This document shows positions 25,879 through 35,927 of a stretch of DNA of 64,000 bases, piece after piece. Under the pieces are notes generated by a model that made no database searches, was not told the origin of the DNA, and worked only from the letters and a program-made list of their open reading frames with translations. Positions within the stretch are counted from its first letter, which is position 1, and each line of letters opens with the position of its first letter. The DNA lies in the IMG/VR virus record IMGVR_UViG_3300035180_001563, positions 1 to 64,000 of that record; one strand, given 5' to 3'. Source of the DNA: a virus. Both the position numbers and the translations under genes were made by a program.

Positions 25879-26125
25879 CTGTGGTTGTTGGTTCGGGGTT
25901 ATTTTGTGACACCTCTGTTGTCACTAAAGTGACAGGTTGAGAAGATGTTTTAACTATCTTCCGCTTAGCTCTTTTATCTAAAAAATTTTCAGGTTTCTTT
26001 ACTTCTATTAATGAAACATCTTTCACCTGTTTATCTTTTTTTCCAATCAATTGTGCCTTGATTGCAAGCATGTCAAAATCAACAGCCACCCCTCTAGCAC
26101 TCCTCACTGTTTTACCCATCTCCAC
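25868..26125 (-). CDS. Hypothetical phage protein
   Basis: RSARG..VDFD motif; late-promoter-like motif upstream. Confidence 0.65.
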   Translation of the reverse strand: MEMGKTVRSARGVAVDFDMLAIKAQLIGKKDKQVKDVSLIEVKKPENFLDKRAKRKIVKTSSQPVTLVTTEVSQNNPEPTTTVEE

Positions 26126-26172
26126 TCTCCTTTTATTTTAATTAGTATTTATGATATTAAATCATACATGAA

Positions 26173-27777
26173 CTACAGGGTTAACACAAACCGTTTTAAT
26201 CCACAGTCCCATATCCTGGGTATATTCTTACAATTTTCAGATTCACTCAAAGTTGGATTATATTTGGTTCCTAAAATTGATGGAAGATGTTTGTGTCTAA
26301 AATTGAATTTATGAATTCTTCTATTACCAACAACATAACGATAGTCAGGCTTAATTGTTTTATCACACACGAAACCTGTTTTTTCATACAAAGTACCATT
26401 ACTCCAACGTCGGTCAGCAAAAGTAACGATTTGGGTATACAATTCTTGTTTTTTTATATATTTTAATATTTTACCCAACCCCCCAACCACAAGAGTACTT
26501 GTAGCATACCGGTTTAACTCTAATCGACGATTACCCAACTGCTTAAATCCTGCACAAGCAACCATAACACCATCAGCAAACAAACCTATATTCAGTGAAC
26601 TTTTCCCATCCCCCATCAAATGATACTTTTCAAAAAATGGTTTTTTATCTGTAGTTACTTGTCGTATGTTGCATGCTTTTGCATAAACTTTATTACCACT
26701 AATGTTATTGAGAACATATGATATTGTATTGAATATAATATCTTTTCTGAATATCCACTCATCTTCGAATATTGTTATCAATCGAATACCAAGTTTATTA
26801 CACATGTCTAATTTATTTAAGTGATAGTTTGGTGTAATACGCTCAACACTATTACTATGCCAATATAACCCACAGTACTCAAAAGCAACTTTTTTTGAAG
26901 GTATGTACACGTCCAGTTCATATGGATATATTACGGATCGTACATTACTTTGTGCATCTGGACATATATTATAAACATACTCAAACAATTCACGTTCACC
27001 AACAGATACACTAAACCTCTTAGGTTGTATATTGTGAAATTTTAACCACCGAAGAACAGTATTCTGATCAACCTCTAAAGTTAATGCAATCTTTGATGCA
27101 GGCTGTTGATCTAATATGTGTGCTTGATATAAATAATTATAATCCTTTAATAAATCCAACACATCTGAACCGTAGTGTTTTTGCGTTTGAGAATCTACCT
27201 GATATAACTCATTCCAAAACTGTTTGTTATTATGTTTGAACACGTCTGTTTTAAAATAATTATCTTGTCCATATCGTGCAATTAAAATATTTTTTATCTT
27301 TTCAGGATTTGCTCTTAACCAAGTAACGTCTCCATATCGTTCTATATTTGTATGTCGAATCTGTTCCTTGACTTTCTCTGTTTTTCGCACATTGTCAACT
27401 CCATACAACTCCATACAAGTCTTCTGTATCTTAGTTATATTATTTTTACTTCCATATTTCAACACTTTAGTTTTCTGTATTTTTTGTTGAACGTTAACAC
27501 TTTTTCTAGAATTATCCACCCCATATTTTTCAATACAAGCTTTTTTGTATTTGTCTTTCCATGTGGGATCTTGGTTTCTACATTTAGCAGAGCAATATGT
27601 ACGATACTTTCCCAGAGAATTATCCCAGTTTACGGGATTTGAGTTACAAATTAAACACATTTGAATTGTATGTATTTGATTTATTATGTGCCATTTTCGT
27701 TGAGCTTTTTTAGCATCAATAGGCAAAAAATTTGTAAGTGTAATCAATTCTTCTTTAGGTATATTAAGATCAATCAT
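26173..27777 (-). CDS. Vsr-like/Hef-type putative homing endonuclease (copy 2)
   Basis: KYGVDN repeats; ELDVY, FEYCGLYWHS, IFEDEW, TFADRRWS, RIWDCG. Confidence 0.8.
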   Translation of the reverse strand: MIDLNIPKEELITLTNFLPIDAKKAQRKWHIINQIHTIQMCLICNSNPVNWDNSLGKYRTYCSAKCRNQDPTWKDKYKKACIEKYGVDNSRKSVNVQQKIQKTKVLKYGSKNNITKIQKTCMELYGVDNVRKTEKVKEQIRHTNIERYGDVTWLRANPEKIKNILIARYGQDNYFKTDVFKHNNKQFWNELYQVDSQTQKHYGSDVLDLLKDYNYLYQAHILDQQPASKIALTLEVDQNTVLRWLKFHNIQPKRFSVSVGERELFEYVYNICPDAQSNVRSVIYPYELDVYIPSKKVAFEYCGLYWHSNSVERITPNYHLNKLDMCNKLGIRLITIFEDEWIFRKDIIFNTISYVLNNISGNKVYAKACNIRQVTTDKKPFFEKYHLMGDGKSSLNIGLFADGVMVACAGFKQLGNRRLELNRYATSTLVVGGLGKILKYIKKQELYTQIVTFADRRWSNGTLYEKTGFVCDKTIKPDYRYVVGNRRIHKFNFRHKHLPSILGTKYNPTLSESENCKNIPRIWDCGLKRFVLTL

Positions 27778-28333
27778 GAATAAAATCTTCTATGGGTAAT
27801 TGAAATTTCACACAATCAATATCATGAATTCCAATCAGATATAGTATATATGAAGAAACCGAACTTCCACGACCTACCCCCCACACCACATTATTTTGTT
27901 CAAATACATCCATAACGTAAATCATTAATCGTAAAACAGGAAATAAATTTTTTGTTTTGAATAATTTCAATTCCATTCTAGTTCGATCAATTCTTGCCTC
28001 ACTGTCAAGTGCAGTCATTCCATGAATTTCAGATTCCAAAGCCTCAACTATAAATTCCGATACGCTGATTTTGTGATATGATTTTTCAATCATCCAATCA
28101 AATTGAAGCGGTTTAATATTGGTTTTAACCTCAATTTTCTGATCGCTAGTTAACACTAAGTCGTTATATTTTTCCAAGTCACGAGTAAGTTCTGTTGTAA
28201 AAAGTGACTTTACAGGAACCCCCTGTACAATAAGTTTTTCAATTTCTAATGGAGATACAGAGATATCTCCATCGTACCACAACACTCTATCATTTAATTT
28301 TGTATTAAATAAATGTTGATCTGTAATTTCCAT
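27770..28333 (-). CDS. DNA polymerase III alpha (DnaE)-like fragment
   Basis: WGVGRGSSVSSYILYLIGIHDID..KF.L..EDF. Confidence 0.8.
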   Translation of the reverse strand: MEITDQHLFNTKLNDRVLWYDGDISVSPLEIEKLIVQGVPVKSLFTTELTRDLEKYNDLVLTSDQKIEVKTNIKPLQFDWMIEKSYHKISVSEFIVEALESEIHGMTALDSEARIDRTRMELKLFKTKNLFPVLRLMIYVMDVFEQNNVVWGVGRGSSVSSYILYLIGIHDIDCVKFQLPIEDFIHD

Positions 28334-28667
28334 TTGATGTGTCTATGTCAGGTGTTTTTGGTGTATCAAAGTGGGGTGGAGTTGCCGGTGGAGCAATGTA
28401 TGTGGACACTTTCGGTGATTGTGAAGGTCTCGGTATAATTGGTGATTCATCAAACTGTGATTGAGGTATGGATGGACCAGCAACTACATTTCGATGTGTG
28501 TAGTTAGTTGGAATTGGATTTACTACAACTTCTTCAATTAAGTTAATTTTATCGCGAATCTTCTGCCATTGAATCGGACTTGGTGTCCAACCAGTTTCTT
28601 GCATATCTTCAACACCCTGCAACCATGATTTAAAATCTTTCAGTGAGATTGTTTCTACTTCATTCAT
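28305..28667 (-). CDS. Hypothetical phage protein
   Basis: FKSWLQGVEDMQ..W.P...QW; Pro-rich tail. Confidence 0.7.
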   Translation of the reverse strand: MNEVETISLKDFKSWLQGVEDMQETGWTPSPIQWQKIRDKINLIEEVVVNPIPTNYTHRNVVAGPSIPQSQFDESPIIPRPSQSPKVSTYIAPPATPPHFDTPKTPDIDTSNGNYRSTFI

Positions 28668-28681
28668 TATTATTTTCCTTT

Positions 28682-29167
28682 TTAAAAAAGATCCCCAACG
28701 ATCATTTCTTTAAGATATTTACTGTACGTATCGATGGAGGATACGCTGATCCAAAAATCAGGTGCAACTGGATGACAAAGCATTTGGTGTTTATTTAACG
28801 ATGGTCCCACGTGTTTATATTGTGGGAAATAATCTACTGGAGTTGCTTTGATCGGTGCTACTCGTGGAGATGATATACTACTTCCCATCAGCGTGTGTGT
28901 ATTTCCTGTTAATTCAGAAATTTTAACTGCATCAATTTGAGTTGTTTCAGTATCATATACAATCACAAACCAATTTGTTGGTAATGTAAAAGTAAATCCG
29001 AGAACATCCAAGACAATAGCTGGTGAATGTATTTCTTCGAGCATTGTAATTGGTGCTAGTGTAAAATCTCTTAACTCAAGATCTAGTACCCACATAAACG
29101 ATGAAGCCAAAGGAGTGTAGATACTATCTAAAATGATTGGTTTTGTATTTTCGTTATAAATTAACAT
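28682..29167 (-). CDS. Hypothetical phage protein
   Basis: 161-aa ORF; TTGATT-17-TATAAT upstream. Confidence 0.7.
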   Translation of the reverse strand: MLIYNENTKPIILDSIYTPLASSFMWVLDLELRDFTLAPITMLEEIHSPAIVLDVLGFTFTLPTNWFVIVYDTETTQIDAVKISELTGNTHTLMGSSISSPRVAPIKATPVDYFPQYKHVGPSLNKHQMLCHPVAPDFWISVSSIDTYSKYLKEMIVGDLF

Positions 29168-29219
29168 ATACTTCCTTATTATAGTTATTGATTATACATA
29201 TATTATGGTTTATAATCAA

Positions 29220-29648
29220 CTATTCATTGTGTTGTAGTACAGAAAACACTTTCTTATGACTTACTGATAAAAAATTCAATTCTTCTTGGTTTAGTGATTC
29301 TCGTAATTTACGGACAACATCATTCAAAATTGTTAACTCTTTTTCAAAAGTTAGTTTCCGTTCAAACAACACGTTCAAAAACTGTGATAGATGTATCTCA
29401 AATGTTTCAAAACTGAAATCATCTATATTATTACAATTGAAGCTATATGTATTTTTATCAATATCACATTCAAGAAAAAACACAAATTCTGAAATTTCTG
29501 GTCCAGAAAAGTTTATATCTTTTCCCAGTGGTGTAGAAAATTTATATGCAAGATATTCTCCAGACTGGAGAAATCTATCAAGACTCATTTTTTCAGCTGC
29601 TGTTAATTTTGACAATACAACTAATAAACGTAAGAATTTATTTTTCAT
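29220..29648 (-). CDS. Hypothetical protein
   Basis: 142-aa ORF. Confidence 0.55.
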   Translation of the reverse strand: MKNKFLRLLVVLSKLTAAEKMSLDRFLQSGEYLAYKFSTPLGKDINFSGPEISEFVFFLECDIDKNTYSFNCNNIDDFSFETFEIHLSQFLNVLFERKLTFEKELTILNDVVRKLRESLNQEELNFLSVSHKKVFSVLQHNE

Positions 29649-29660
29649 TTTGAATAAGAA

Positions 29661-29696
29661 GAGAGATATCCGATTAGTATAACCGGATATCCTCTC
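29661..29696 (-). terminator. Probable intrinsic terminator after structural gene pair
   Basis: GATATCCG / CGGATATC inverted repeat followed by T-rich run on minus strand. Confidence 0.5.
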
Positions 29697-29719
29697 AGTG
29701 TCAACTACAATATTGTCAT

Positions 29720-30136
29720 CTACGAAGTAAATACGATTATTGCTCTACCTGCAACATTGGAGATGAATGTTACTGTAACTGTATTTGCGTCGATAACATT
29801 GAAACTATCTGGAATTATCTGATGTCCAGCATCATCATACACAATGGCAATACAATCAAGTGAGTTTAAATTATGTGTAATTGTCCAAACACTAGCAGCT
29901 GGAGTTTGTGTATAATTGTAGCTTTTTGGAATCATACCACTACCCAGACCAGGAATGGTAATACCTTGAACAACACCAGAAATGCGACCAAGAACCTGGC
30001 CATCTGTTAAGGGGACGAAATCCAACTGTCTTGGTCCAGCTCCACGACGGACTGGAATTGTTTCTTGGGCCGGATCAGTAGCAACCCATGGTCTACGAGG
30101 AAGTTCAACCTGGATAAAATCTTCAAATGCGCTCAT
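29720..30136 (-). CDS. Virion structural protein
   Basis: WTITHNL...D.NTVTVTF...GRA C-terminal module shared with 42113-44812. Confidence 0.7.
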   Translation of the reverse strand: MSAFEDFIQVELPRRPWVATDPAQETIPVRRGAGPRQLDFVPLTDGQVLGRISGVVQGITIPGLGSGMIPKSYNYTQTPAASVWTITHNLNSLDCIAIVYDDAGHQIIPDSFNVIDANTVTVTFISNVAGRAIIVFTS

Positions 30137-31854
30137 TATGCTGTCTCCCCAATAGTAATTTGCAGTGTTCCTGTTGTGTTAGCTCCAGCAAAGTCGGCAT
30201 CTGTCAATAAGAACCAATTTGACGGTGAACCACTGAACACAAAATTAGAATAATTCTGGAATGGTTCCGCTCCTACAGTGTAAACCAAAGCACTACCATC
30301 AACTAATGACCAACCCTTTTGAAATTGAGATAAATCAGTTCCTCTGTATGTAAATGGGTCAGCTGTACCTGCGTATTCAACTACAACTTTCGTTGGATCT
30401 TCGATAACAACACCCAAATCAACGACTTGCTCTAAAGCTCCAATCGTAACATTTCTTGTGGTGAATCCACCAACAGTATAGTTCTGTCCAGCAGTAATTG
30501 TTGGTGACGTGAATGTTGAATTAGCAAGGTTGACAACAGATGTTACTCCAAACGTTTGAGCTCCCTTTGGATCTGTATCTGCAATGTTCAGTGTTGCTGT
30601 CCATGTGATTCCACTTCCTGTAAACGACGTCAAAGTACCTGAAGTAGCTGTCACAATCGGTGCTGACAACAATCTCTGAGAAGCAGTGAGTGTTACTGTA
30701 TATGACTGTCCAGGAGTTGGGGATGAAACCAATCTCGGCGGGGTTCCAGTAATAGTAAAAGCGACTGTTGGTGCTATATTTGCAATATTCACTGAAGTTG
30801 AAGCTGTTGCAGATGATCCGTTGGTAGATTTAGTTGCAGTAATCGTATAATTATTTGTACCATAAACATAATTGCCTCCTACACGAGTTGCTGATTTCGA
30901 AGCTGAATATGTTGATGGATTAGCTACTGACAAATCAGCACTTGACGTATAAGATATCGATGTATAATTTGTAACCGTGGACGTTACAGTTGCAACTTCG
31001 GAACCTTTCAGTGCAGATTGACCAGCTGGATACGTTACAGTGAATCCTCCAATTGTTGGAATTACTTGATCCAAAGTTATTTGATTTGATGAGGTTATGT
31101 TTGTACCAAATGTTCCAAAAGAATTTTTTGCTTTAGCTGTTACACTTTGTAGTCCAGATAAGCTACTCACTGTAAATTGTACTGTAAATGTCTTGTACCC
31201 AACACCACCTGAATCTGCTACTCCAAGTGAACCTCCTGTCGTAGTTGTCGTAAATGTTCCTGAACCAACCGCCCCAGAACTACTCAGTAGATCTACTTCT
31301 GATGCTGTATTTGCAACAGTACCTGACACTGTCATTACGTCACCAACTTTTGCTGTTGTTTGTGAACCTGGGTAAGATCCAATCGTGAACGATTGAATGG
31401 ACGGCGCTGCCGCTGCTCTGTGAATAAGGACTTGGGCAACCGAACCTGTGCTAGATGTTATGTATACTATACGATCCGCAACCACTTCAATATCTGCATA
31501 CCCATAATACGATCGTTTATCTGTGGAGATTTCAGTAAGTGTAGCTACTACCCCAGGTCCTGGTGTTGTGTCCACGGTAACGACTGGGGAGTAAAATGCT
31601 GCTCCACCTTCCGCTAAAAAAGTAACTCTAACAAGTGCTGTATCGGATGTTGCTTCTGCAATAACTGCGTTTGAAGGAGTCGTTCCATCTACATACACTT
31701 TCGTTCCAACGATCCCCGTTGAGGTAGCTGAAACATCTGTAACAAAAAGACCTGCTCCTGAAGAAGTGATCGAAGCATCAACATATCGCTTTGTTGCTGC
31801 TTCCATGTCATTTTGAGGATCTCGGGTCAATACCGCTCCTTGATGAATTTTCAT
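30136..31854 (-). CDS. Virion protein with Ig-like repeats
   Basis: DP....AATKRYVD start; Thr/Ser/Val-rich beta-strand pattern. Confidence 0.7.
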   Translation of the reverse strand: MKIHQGAVLTRDPQNDMEAATKRYVDASITSSGAGLFVTDVSATSTGIVGTKVYVDGTTPSNAVIAEATSDTALVRVTFLAEGGAAFYSPVVTVDTTPGPGVVATLTEISTDKRSYYGYADIEVVADRIVYITSSTGSVAQVLIHRAAAAPSIQSFTIGSYPGSQTTAKVGDVMTVSGTVANTASEVDLLSSSGAVGSGTFTTTTTGGSLGVADSGGVGYKTFTVQFTVSSLSGLQSVTAKAKNSFGTFGTNITSSNQITLDQVIPTIGGFTVTYPAGQSALKGSEVATVTSTVTNYTSISYTSSADLSVANPSTYSASKSATRVGGNYVYGTNNYTITATKSTNGSSATASTSVNIANIAPTVAFTITGTPPRLVSSPTPGQSYTVTLTASQRLLSAPIVTATSGTLTSFTGSGITWTATLNIADTDPKGAQTFGVTSVVNLANSTFTSPTITAGQNYTVGGFTTRNVTIGALEQVVDLGVVIEDPTKVVVEYAGTADPFTYRGTDLSQFQKGWSLVDGSALVYTVGAEPFQNYSNFVFSGSPSNWFLLTDADFAGANTTGTLQITIGETA

Positions 31855-31929
31855 ATTGTAATCTCCTGATAATATAAAATATGTTATTTCATGTTTACAT
31901 ATTTGTGTGTTATTTATGTTGCAATAATT

Positions 31930-33447
31930 TTACCTTATTATTTCCACATTTTCTGAATATTCAACAAGTAACTTTTTATACTTATAATGTGCACCTTTAT
32001 AATATTTTATTCTTTTTGTTAAGTGATCTTTTGAATATTTTAAGTTACCACAAATGTCTATTATATCTACACTGTCTTTATCTTTACCTTTACGAAGACC
32101 ACGTCCTATAGTTTGTATTGTTCTGACAAATGACTTACCTCCATCAACATAACATAAATTGAAAATTCTGTCGATACTCAACCCAACGCCAGCAATTTGT
32201 ACTGTTGCAATAACAATAAGGTCATCATTTGTTTCAAAAAGATCATATACACGTTGTCTAACCTCTTGTTTATCCTTTCCATACAGAAACGTTGAATTGG
32301 GTATTAGTTTTGCAAGTCTTTTACCAACAATCACACTACTGACTAAACAAAGAACATTACCTTTTTGAGCAGATCCCTTTTCGACAATAAAGCTAGCAAT
32401 CCAACTCCAGCGAAGTTTATCGCTGTTCAAAAATGCTATTTCATTATCGTATGTAATTTTTTCATCTGGGTCTTTAGTAGTTTCATTCTGCTCCATCAAC
32501 TGTTCAATTCTGCGTTGGTCATCTAATTGAACAACAGTTATGTTTGGGATAGATAACCACCCACTACTTATCAATGTAGACGCAGCTATCGTATATCTCA
32601 CTGGGCCTAAACTTAAGCGAACCATCAAAGAATCGACTTTATGGTCAGGTAATGTTCCTGTGAGACCGAAACGATGTACAATATGTTTTCCATATTCGTT
32701 AATCAGACCTCCTATTACACTCGCTTTAGCTCCATGGCATTCATCAATGACAATCACATTAAATTTACTTATTAGCTGAGGATAGTTTTGGAGAGACTGC
32801 CACGTCGAAATTATATGTATATGGTCAAGATCTTTATTATCACCACTATATTCCCCAACATCCAATCCAAGCAATTTGAATTCTCTGATTGTTTGACTAA
32901 CAAGGGAAATGGAGGGAACAATAGTGATTGATTTCAGTCCATGTTTTCCGTAATTATCAACTAGAGCAGCATTTATACTCGTTTTACCTGCTCCAGTTCC
33001 TGCAATTATAATACCAAAACCGTGTTCAAATAATTGATTCAATGAGTCGACTTGATATGGTCGCACTTCCCACGGTTCATCTGTTTTCGGATTTATAATA
33101 TGAGAAAAGTATTCAGAATCAATCTGATCAACTTCGGTGAAATCGTTTAATCTCTTATCATTGATTTCAATTTTGTATCCAAATGATTTAATTTTTGGAA
33201 CTAATTCGTCCAATAAGTTGACATATGTATGTCCATCATCAGTAAAGAATTTTTTCTTCCCATCCCAAACTCCCAACTTGTATTTTGGCTGGAAAAAATA
33301 TCCTTTCACATGAAGCGCATATTCTTCAACGAAAAAATCTGAATGATCTTTGTGTAAACCGGATATTATACAATGAACTTCGTCTTGTAACGTAATTCTT
33401 ACTTTTTTAACAAACGTTTGTTCAACGAGACGCACAATATCCATCAA
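31930..33447 (-). CDS. uvsW: UvsW-like SF2 helicase
   Basis: WDGK, RPYQ, GTGAGKT, DECH, GLTGT, QTIGRGLR. Confidence 0.93.
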   Translation of the reverse strand: MMDIVRLVEQTFVKKVRITLQDEVHCIISGLHKDHSDFFVEEYALHVKGYFFQPKYKLGVWDGKKKFFTDDGHTYVNLLDELVPKIKSFGYKIEINDKRLNDFTEVDQIDSEYFSHIINPKTDEPWEVRPYQVDSLNQLFEHGFGIIIAGTGAGKTSINAALVDNYGKHGLKSITIVPSISLVSQTIREFKLLGLDVGEYSGDNKDLDHIHIISTWQSLQNYPQLISKFNVIVIDECHGAKASVIGGLINEYGKHIVHRFGLTGTLPDHKVDSLMVRLSLGPVRYTIAASTLISSGWLSIPNITVVQLDDQRRIEQLMEQNETTKDPDEKITYDNEIAFLNSDKLRWSWIASFIVEKGSAQKGNVLCLVSSVIVGKRLAKLIPNSTFLYGKDKQEVRQRVYDLFETNDDLIVIATVQIAGVGLSIDRIFNLCYVDGGKSFVRTIQTIGRGLRKGKDKDSVDIIDICGNLKYSKDHLTKRIKYYKGAHYKYKKLLVEYSENVEIIR

Positions 33448-34913
33448 TGTTCCACCTCAAGAATCCACACCATATTTCCACAATCCCAGATTCTATCATA
33501 ATTATTATTTTTCATATTTTCCCACTCTGTTGCATTTTCATCAACAAACTCGAGAATATTTTTTAATTTATGTTTTTGAAATTTTTGTCTTGAGTATAAC
33601 ACTAGAGCATTGTTACACTTAAAATATTTGTAATTTGGTGATGAATCATGTGTATGTTTAAAACCTAATTGTTTGTAAAGATTTCCGGCTGACCAACGCT
33701 TGTCAGCATATGATATTATAGAGCGGGGGTTATATTTTTTGATAAACACATTTAATAATTTACCTGCTCCTCCAACAACACTTGTGTTTAGTTTGGATGA
33801 AAACCGTAGTAGCTCATAAGATATATTTGAATTAAATCTTGAGCGACAAAAAGACATAGCAGATACTAGTTCATCATCAACATATAACCCATATGTTACT
33901 AGAGCACGTCCGTTTCCCTGTAAATGAGTTTCATTAAAAAACATTTTACTATTATAATGATCAAGCTCCAACACTTTACAATTTCGGGCATATATTTTTG
34001 CAGTTTGTGACTTGAACAATTGTTTTATTCTTGACTGCACGATTTGTTTATTATACAACCACTCACTTTCGAGTATTTGTATCAAAGTAAATCCTGCTCG
34101 TTCACACAACAACCGTTTGTGCTCATGGTATGATTTATTTTTTCCTCCAAATTGTTCACTGTGCCAAATATTTCCATTGTACTCTATACACAGGTTATGT
34201 GAGTATGATACAATATCTATCTCGTATGGGTGAATTAAATTACGGACATTCGTCTTTATAGTGGGATCTAATTCTCTCACAAAGTCAGCAATTTCTTGTT
34301 CTTGAAGTGAGGTTTTAAAATGTTTTGTTGGTATACCATACTTCTGAAATCTTGCCCAAACTGTACTAACTGAAACTCCCAATTCAGATGCAATCTCAGT
34401 CAACGTTAAATTATTGTCCCGATTTTGTGTTTCTAACCAACTCCTGGTATCTAGTAAATTCAAACTATCTGCACAAATATTTTGTTGCTTTGGGTGTATT
34501 TGTGCTTTAGTACGTTCAACATAACATGAAGGACAACCCGATTTACACATTATATGATTTTTTAGGGAAGTGTTAAACGTTCCATGAGTGGGACATATAA
34601 TATCTACGTTATCTTTAGTATAACGAACATCATCGTTTATCATAGAATAGTCATAAGTACCAACGCCGTGTATTGATTCAGCTTGCGCAATTAAATCTAA
34701 TACATTTCGTTTTCTATTATAAAAAGAACACTTAGGACACCCTTCTCCGTTTAAGTGAGAAAACACTCGCTTTTCGAAAAATCCATGCTTTGGACACAAA
34801 ATTCGTACTCTTGATAACACACCATTATCAACAACACTATAATCATAGTTATACGTATGATTATAGCGAATTTCGGCTTTTGTAATAAATTCTTCAGTTG
34901 TTATTTTTTTCAT
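33444..34913 (-). CDS. Vsr-like/Hef-type putative homing endonuclease (copy 3)
   Basis: Two YDYS...IICPxHG..GCPxC repeats; IEYNGNIWHS, ISYADKRWS, RIWDCG. Confidence 0.8.
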   Translation of the reverse strand: MKKITTEEFITKAEIRYNHTYNYDYSVVDNGVLSRVRILCPKHGFFEKRVFSHLNGEGCPKCSFYNRKRNVLDLIAQAESIHGVGTYDYSMINDDVRYTKDNVDIICPTHGTFNTSLKNHIMCKSGCPSCYVERTKAQIHPKQQNICADSLNLLDTRSWLETQNRDNNLTLTEIASELGVSVSTVWARFQKYGIPTKHFKTSLQEQEIADFVRELDPTIKTNVRNLIHPYEIDIVSYSHNLCIEYNGNIWHSEQFGGKNKSYHEHKRLLCERAGFTLIQILESEWLYNKQIVQSRIKQLFKSQTAKIYARNCKVLELDHYNSKMFFNETHLQGNGRALVTYGLYVDDELVSAMSFCRSRFNSNISYELLRFSSKLNTSVVGGAGKLLNVFIKKYNPRSIISYADKRWSAGNLYKQLGFKHTHDSSPNYKYFKCNNALVLYSRQKFQKHKLKNILEFVDENATEWENMKNNNYDRIWDCGNMVWILEVEH

Positions 34914-35378
34914 TTAATTAATAAAATAATCAGATGCCTCTGAAGTTACTAATCTCGTTATATTATTTAGCGAATATCCTCTTGCTTTAAAAGCGTCAAC
35001 AACTGAGACATATTGATCATACATATCTTTCAATTCCAAGTACAATTCGTACACACTTAAATATGATGGCTCGTGGTTGATGTATTGTTCTTTGTCTTTA
35101 GATTGAAGTTCTCTTGAATAATTTTCTGTATAATCTTTCCACAATTTACCTCTTGTTCGGTGAACCTGAGCTTCCACATAGTCAAGAGCAGATTTTAATT
35201 CTGCCCTACGAGAATCATAAAACACCAACCACCCAGGTTGTTCGTTGTTAGCTACAACAAGTTGCTTTCCTTTGAGGCGAAGATGATCCTCAAATCCAGC
35301 TAGATCGTTCTCGTAAACTTCTAATACTTTAACAACATTTGTGATGTTTTCATGTAGTAATTCTAGAGGTCTATTCAT
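34914..35378 (-). CDS. uvsY: UvsY-like recombination mediator
   Basis: ENYSREL.SKD...YI, ARGYSLNNITRL; between uvsX and uvsW. Confidence 0.75.
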   Translation of the reverse strand: MNRPLELLHENITNVVKVLEVYENDLAGFEDHLRLKGKQLVVANNEQPGWLVFYDSRRAELKSALDYVEAQVHRTRGKLWKDYTENYSRELQSKDKEQYINHEPSYLSVYELYLELKDMYDQYVSVVDAFKARGYSLNNITRLVTSEASDYFIN

Positions 35379-35379
35379 T

Positions 35380-35862
35380 TTAGTGTAGAGTTCGTTTTAT
35401 TTTTATTGTTGCACGATTATCCTTGATATCATCATCTGGATCAACATCACCGTCGTCATCTTCAATATCTGTGATATTATATCGTTGCAACAAACCACTT
35501 ACCCTTTCAAACAATTCAACTTCCCTAGCCACTCGACTTGAATCTCGTTGTTTAAAAAATTCAAGTATCTTCTCTTTAGATTGTTGTTTTATAACTTCGA
35601 TTGGAATCCCTACAGTCAAGACGCGGTGTTTTTTATCTTGTTGTAATGATGGCATCTTTGCTACAATTACGAGCAGTTCGTTAGATAAATCAATACTTTC
35701 CCACTCCATTTCATGCGCATTCTGTTCGAGGTATTCAATAATCGCCTCAAACACAAAGTCAATTTTCTTTGCAATTCCACTGGTTGCTCGTTGGTGTACA
35801 AAATTACGTTTGTTTATAGCATCTACAATCTCTGTAACAAATTCATCTGTTAATGCCGACAT
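35380..35862 (-). CDS. Hypothetical protein
   Basis: 160-aa ORF, AGGAG RBS, acidic tail. Confidence 0.7.
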   Translation of the reverse strand: MSALTDEFVTEIVDAINKRNFVHQRATSGIAKKIDFVFEAIIEYLEQNAHEMEWESIDLSNELLVIVAKMPSLQQDKKHRVLTVGIPIEVIKQQSKEKILEFFKQRDSSRVAREVELFERVSGLLQRYNITDIEDDDGDVDPDDDIKDNRATIKIKRTLH

Positions 35863-35927
35863 CAGAAACTCCTATTTTTGGATATTTATTCCAAAATAGG
35901 AGTGTGTCCAAATACAGGTGCATTTTA

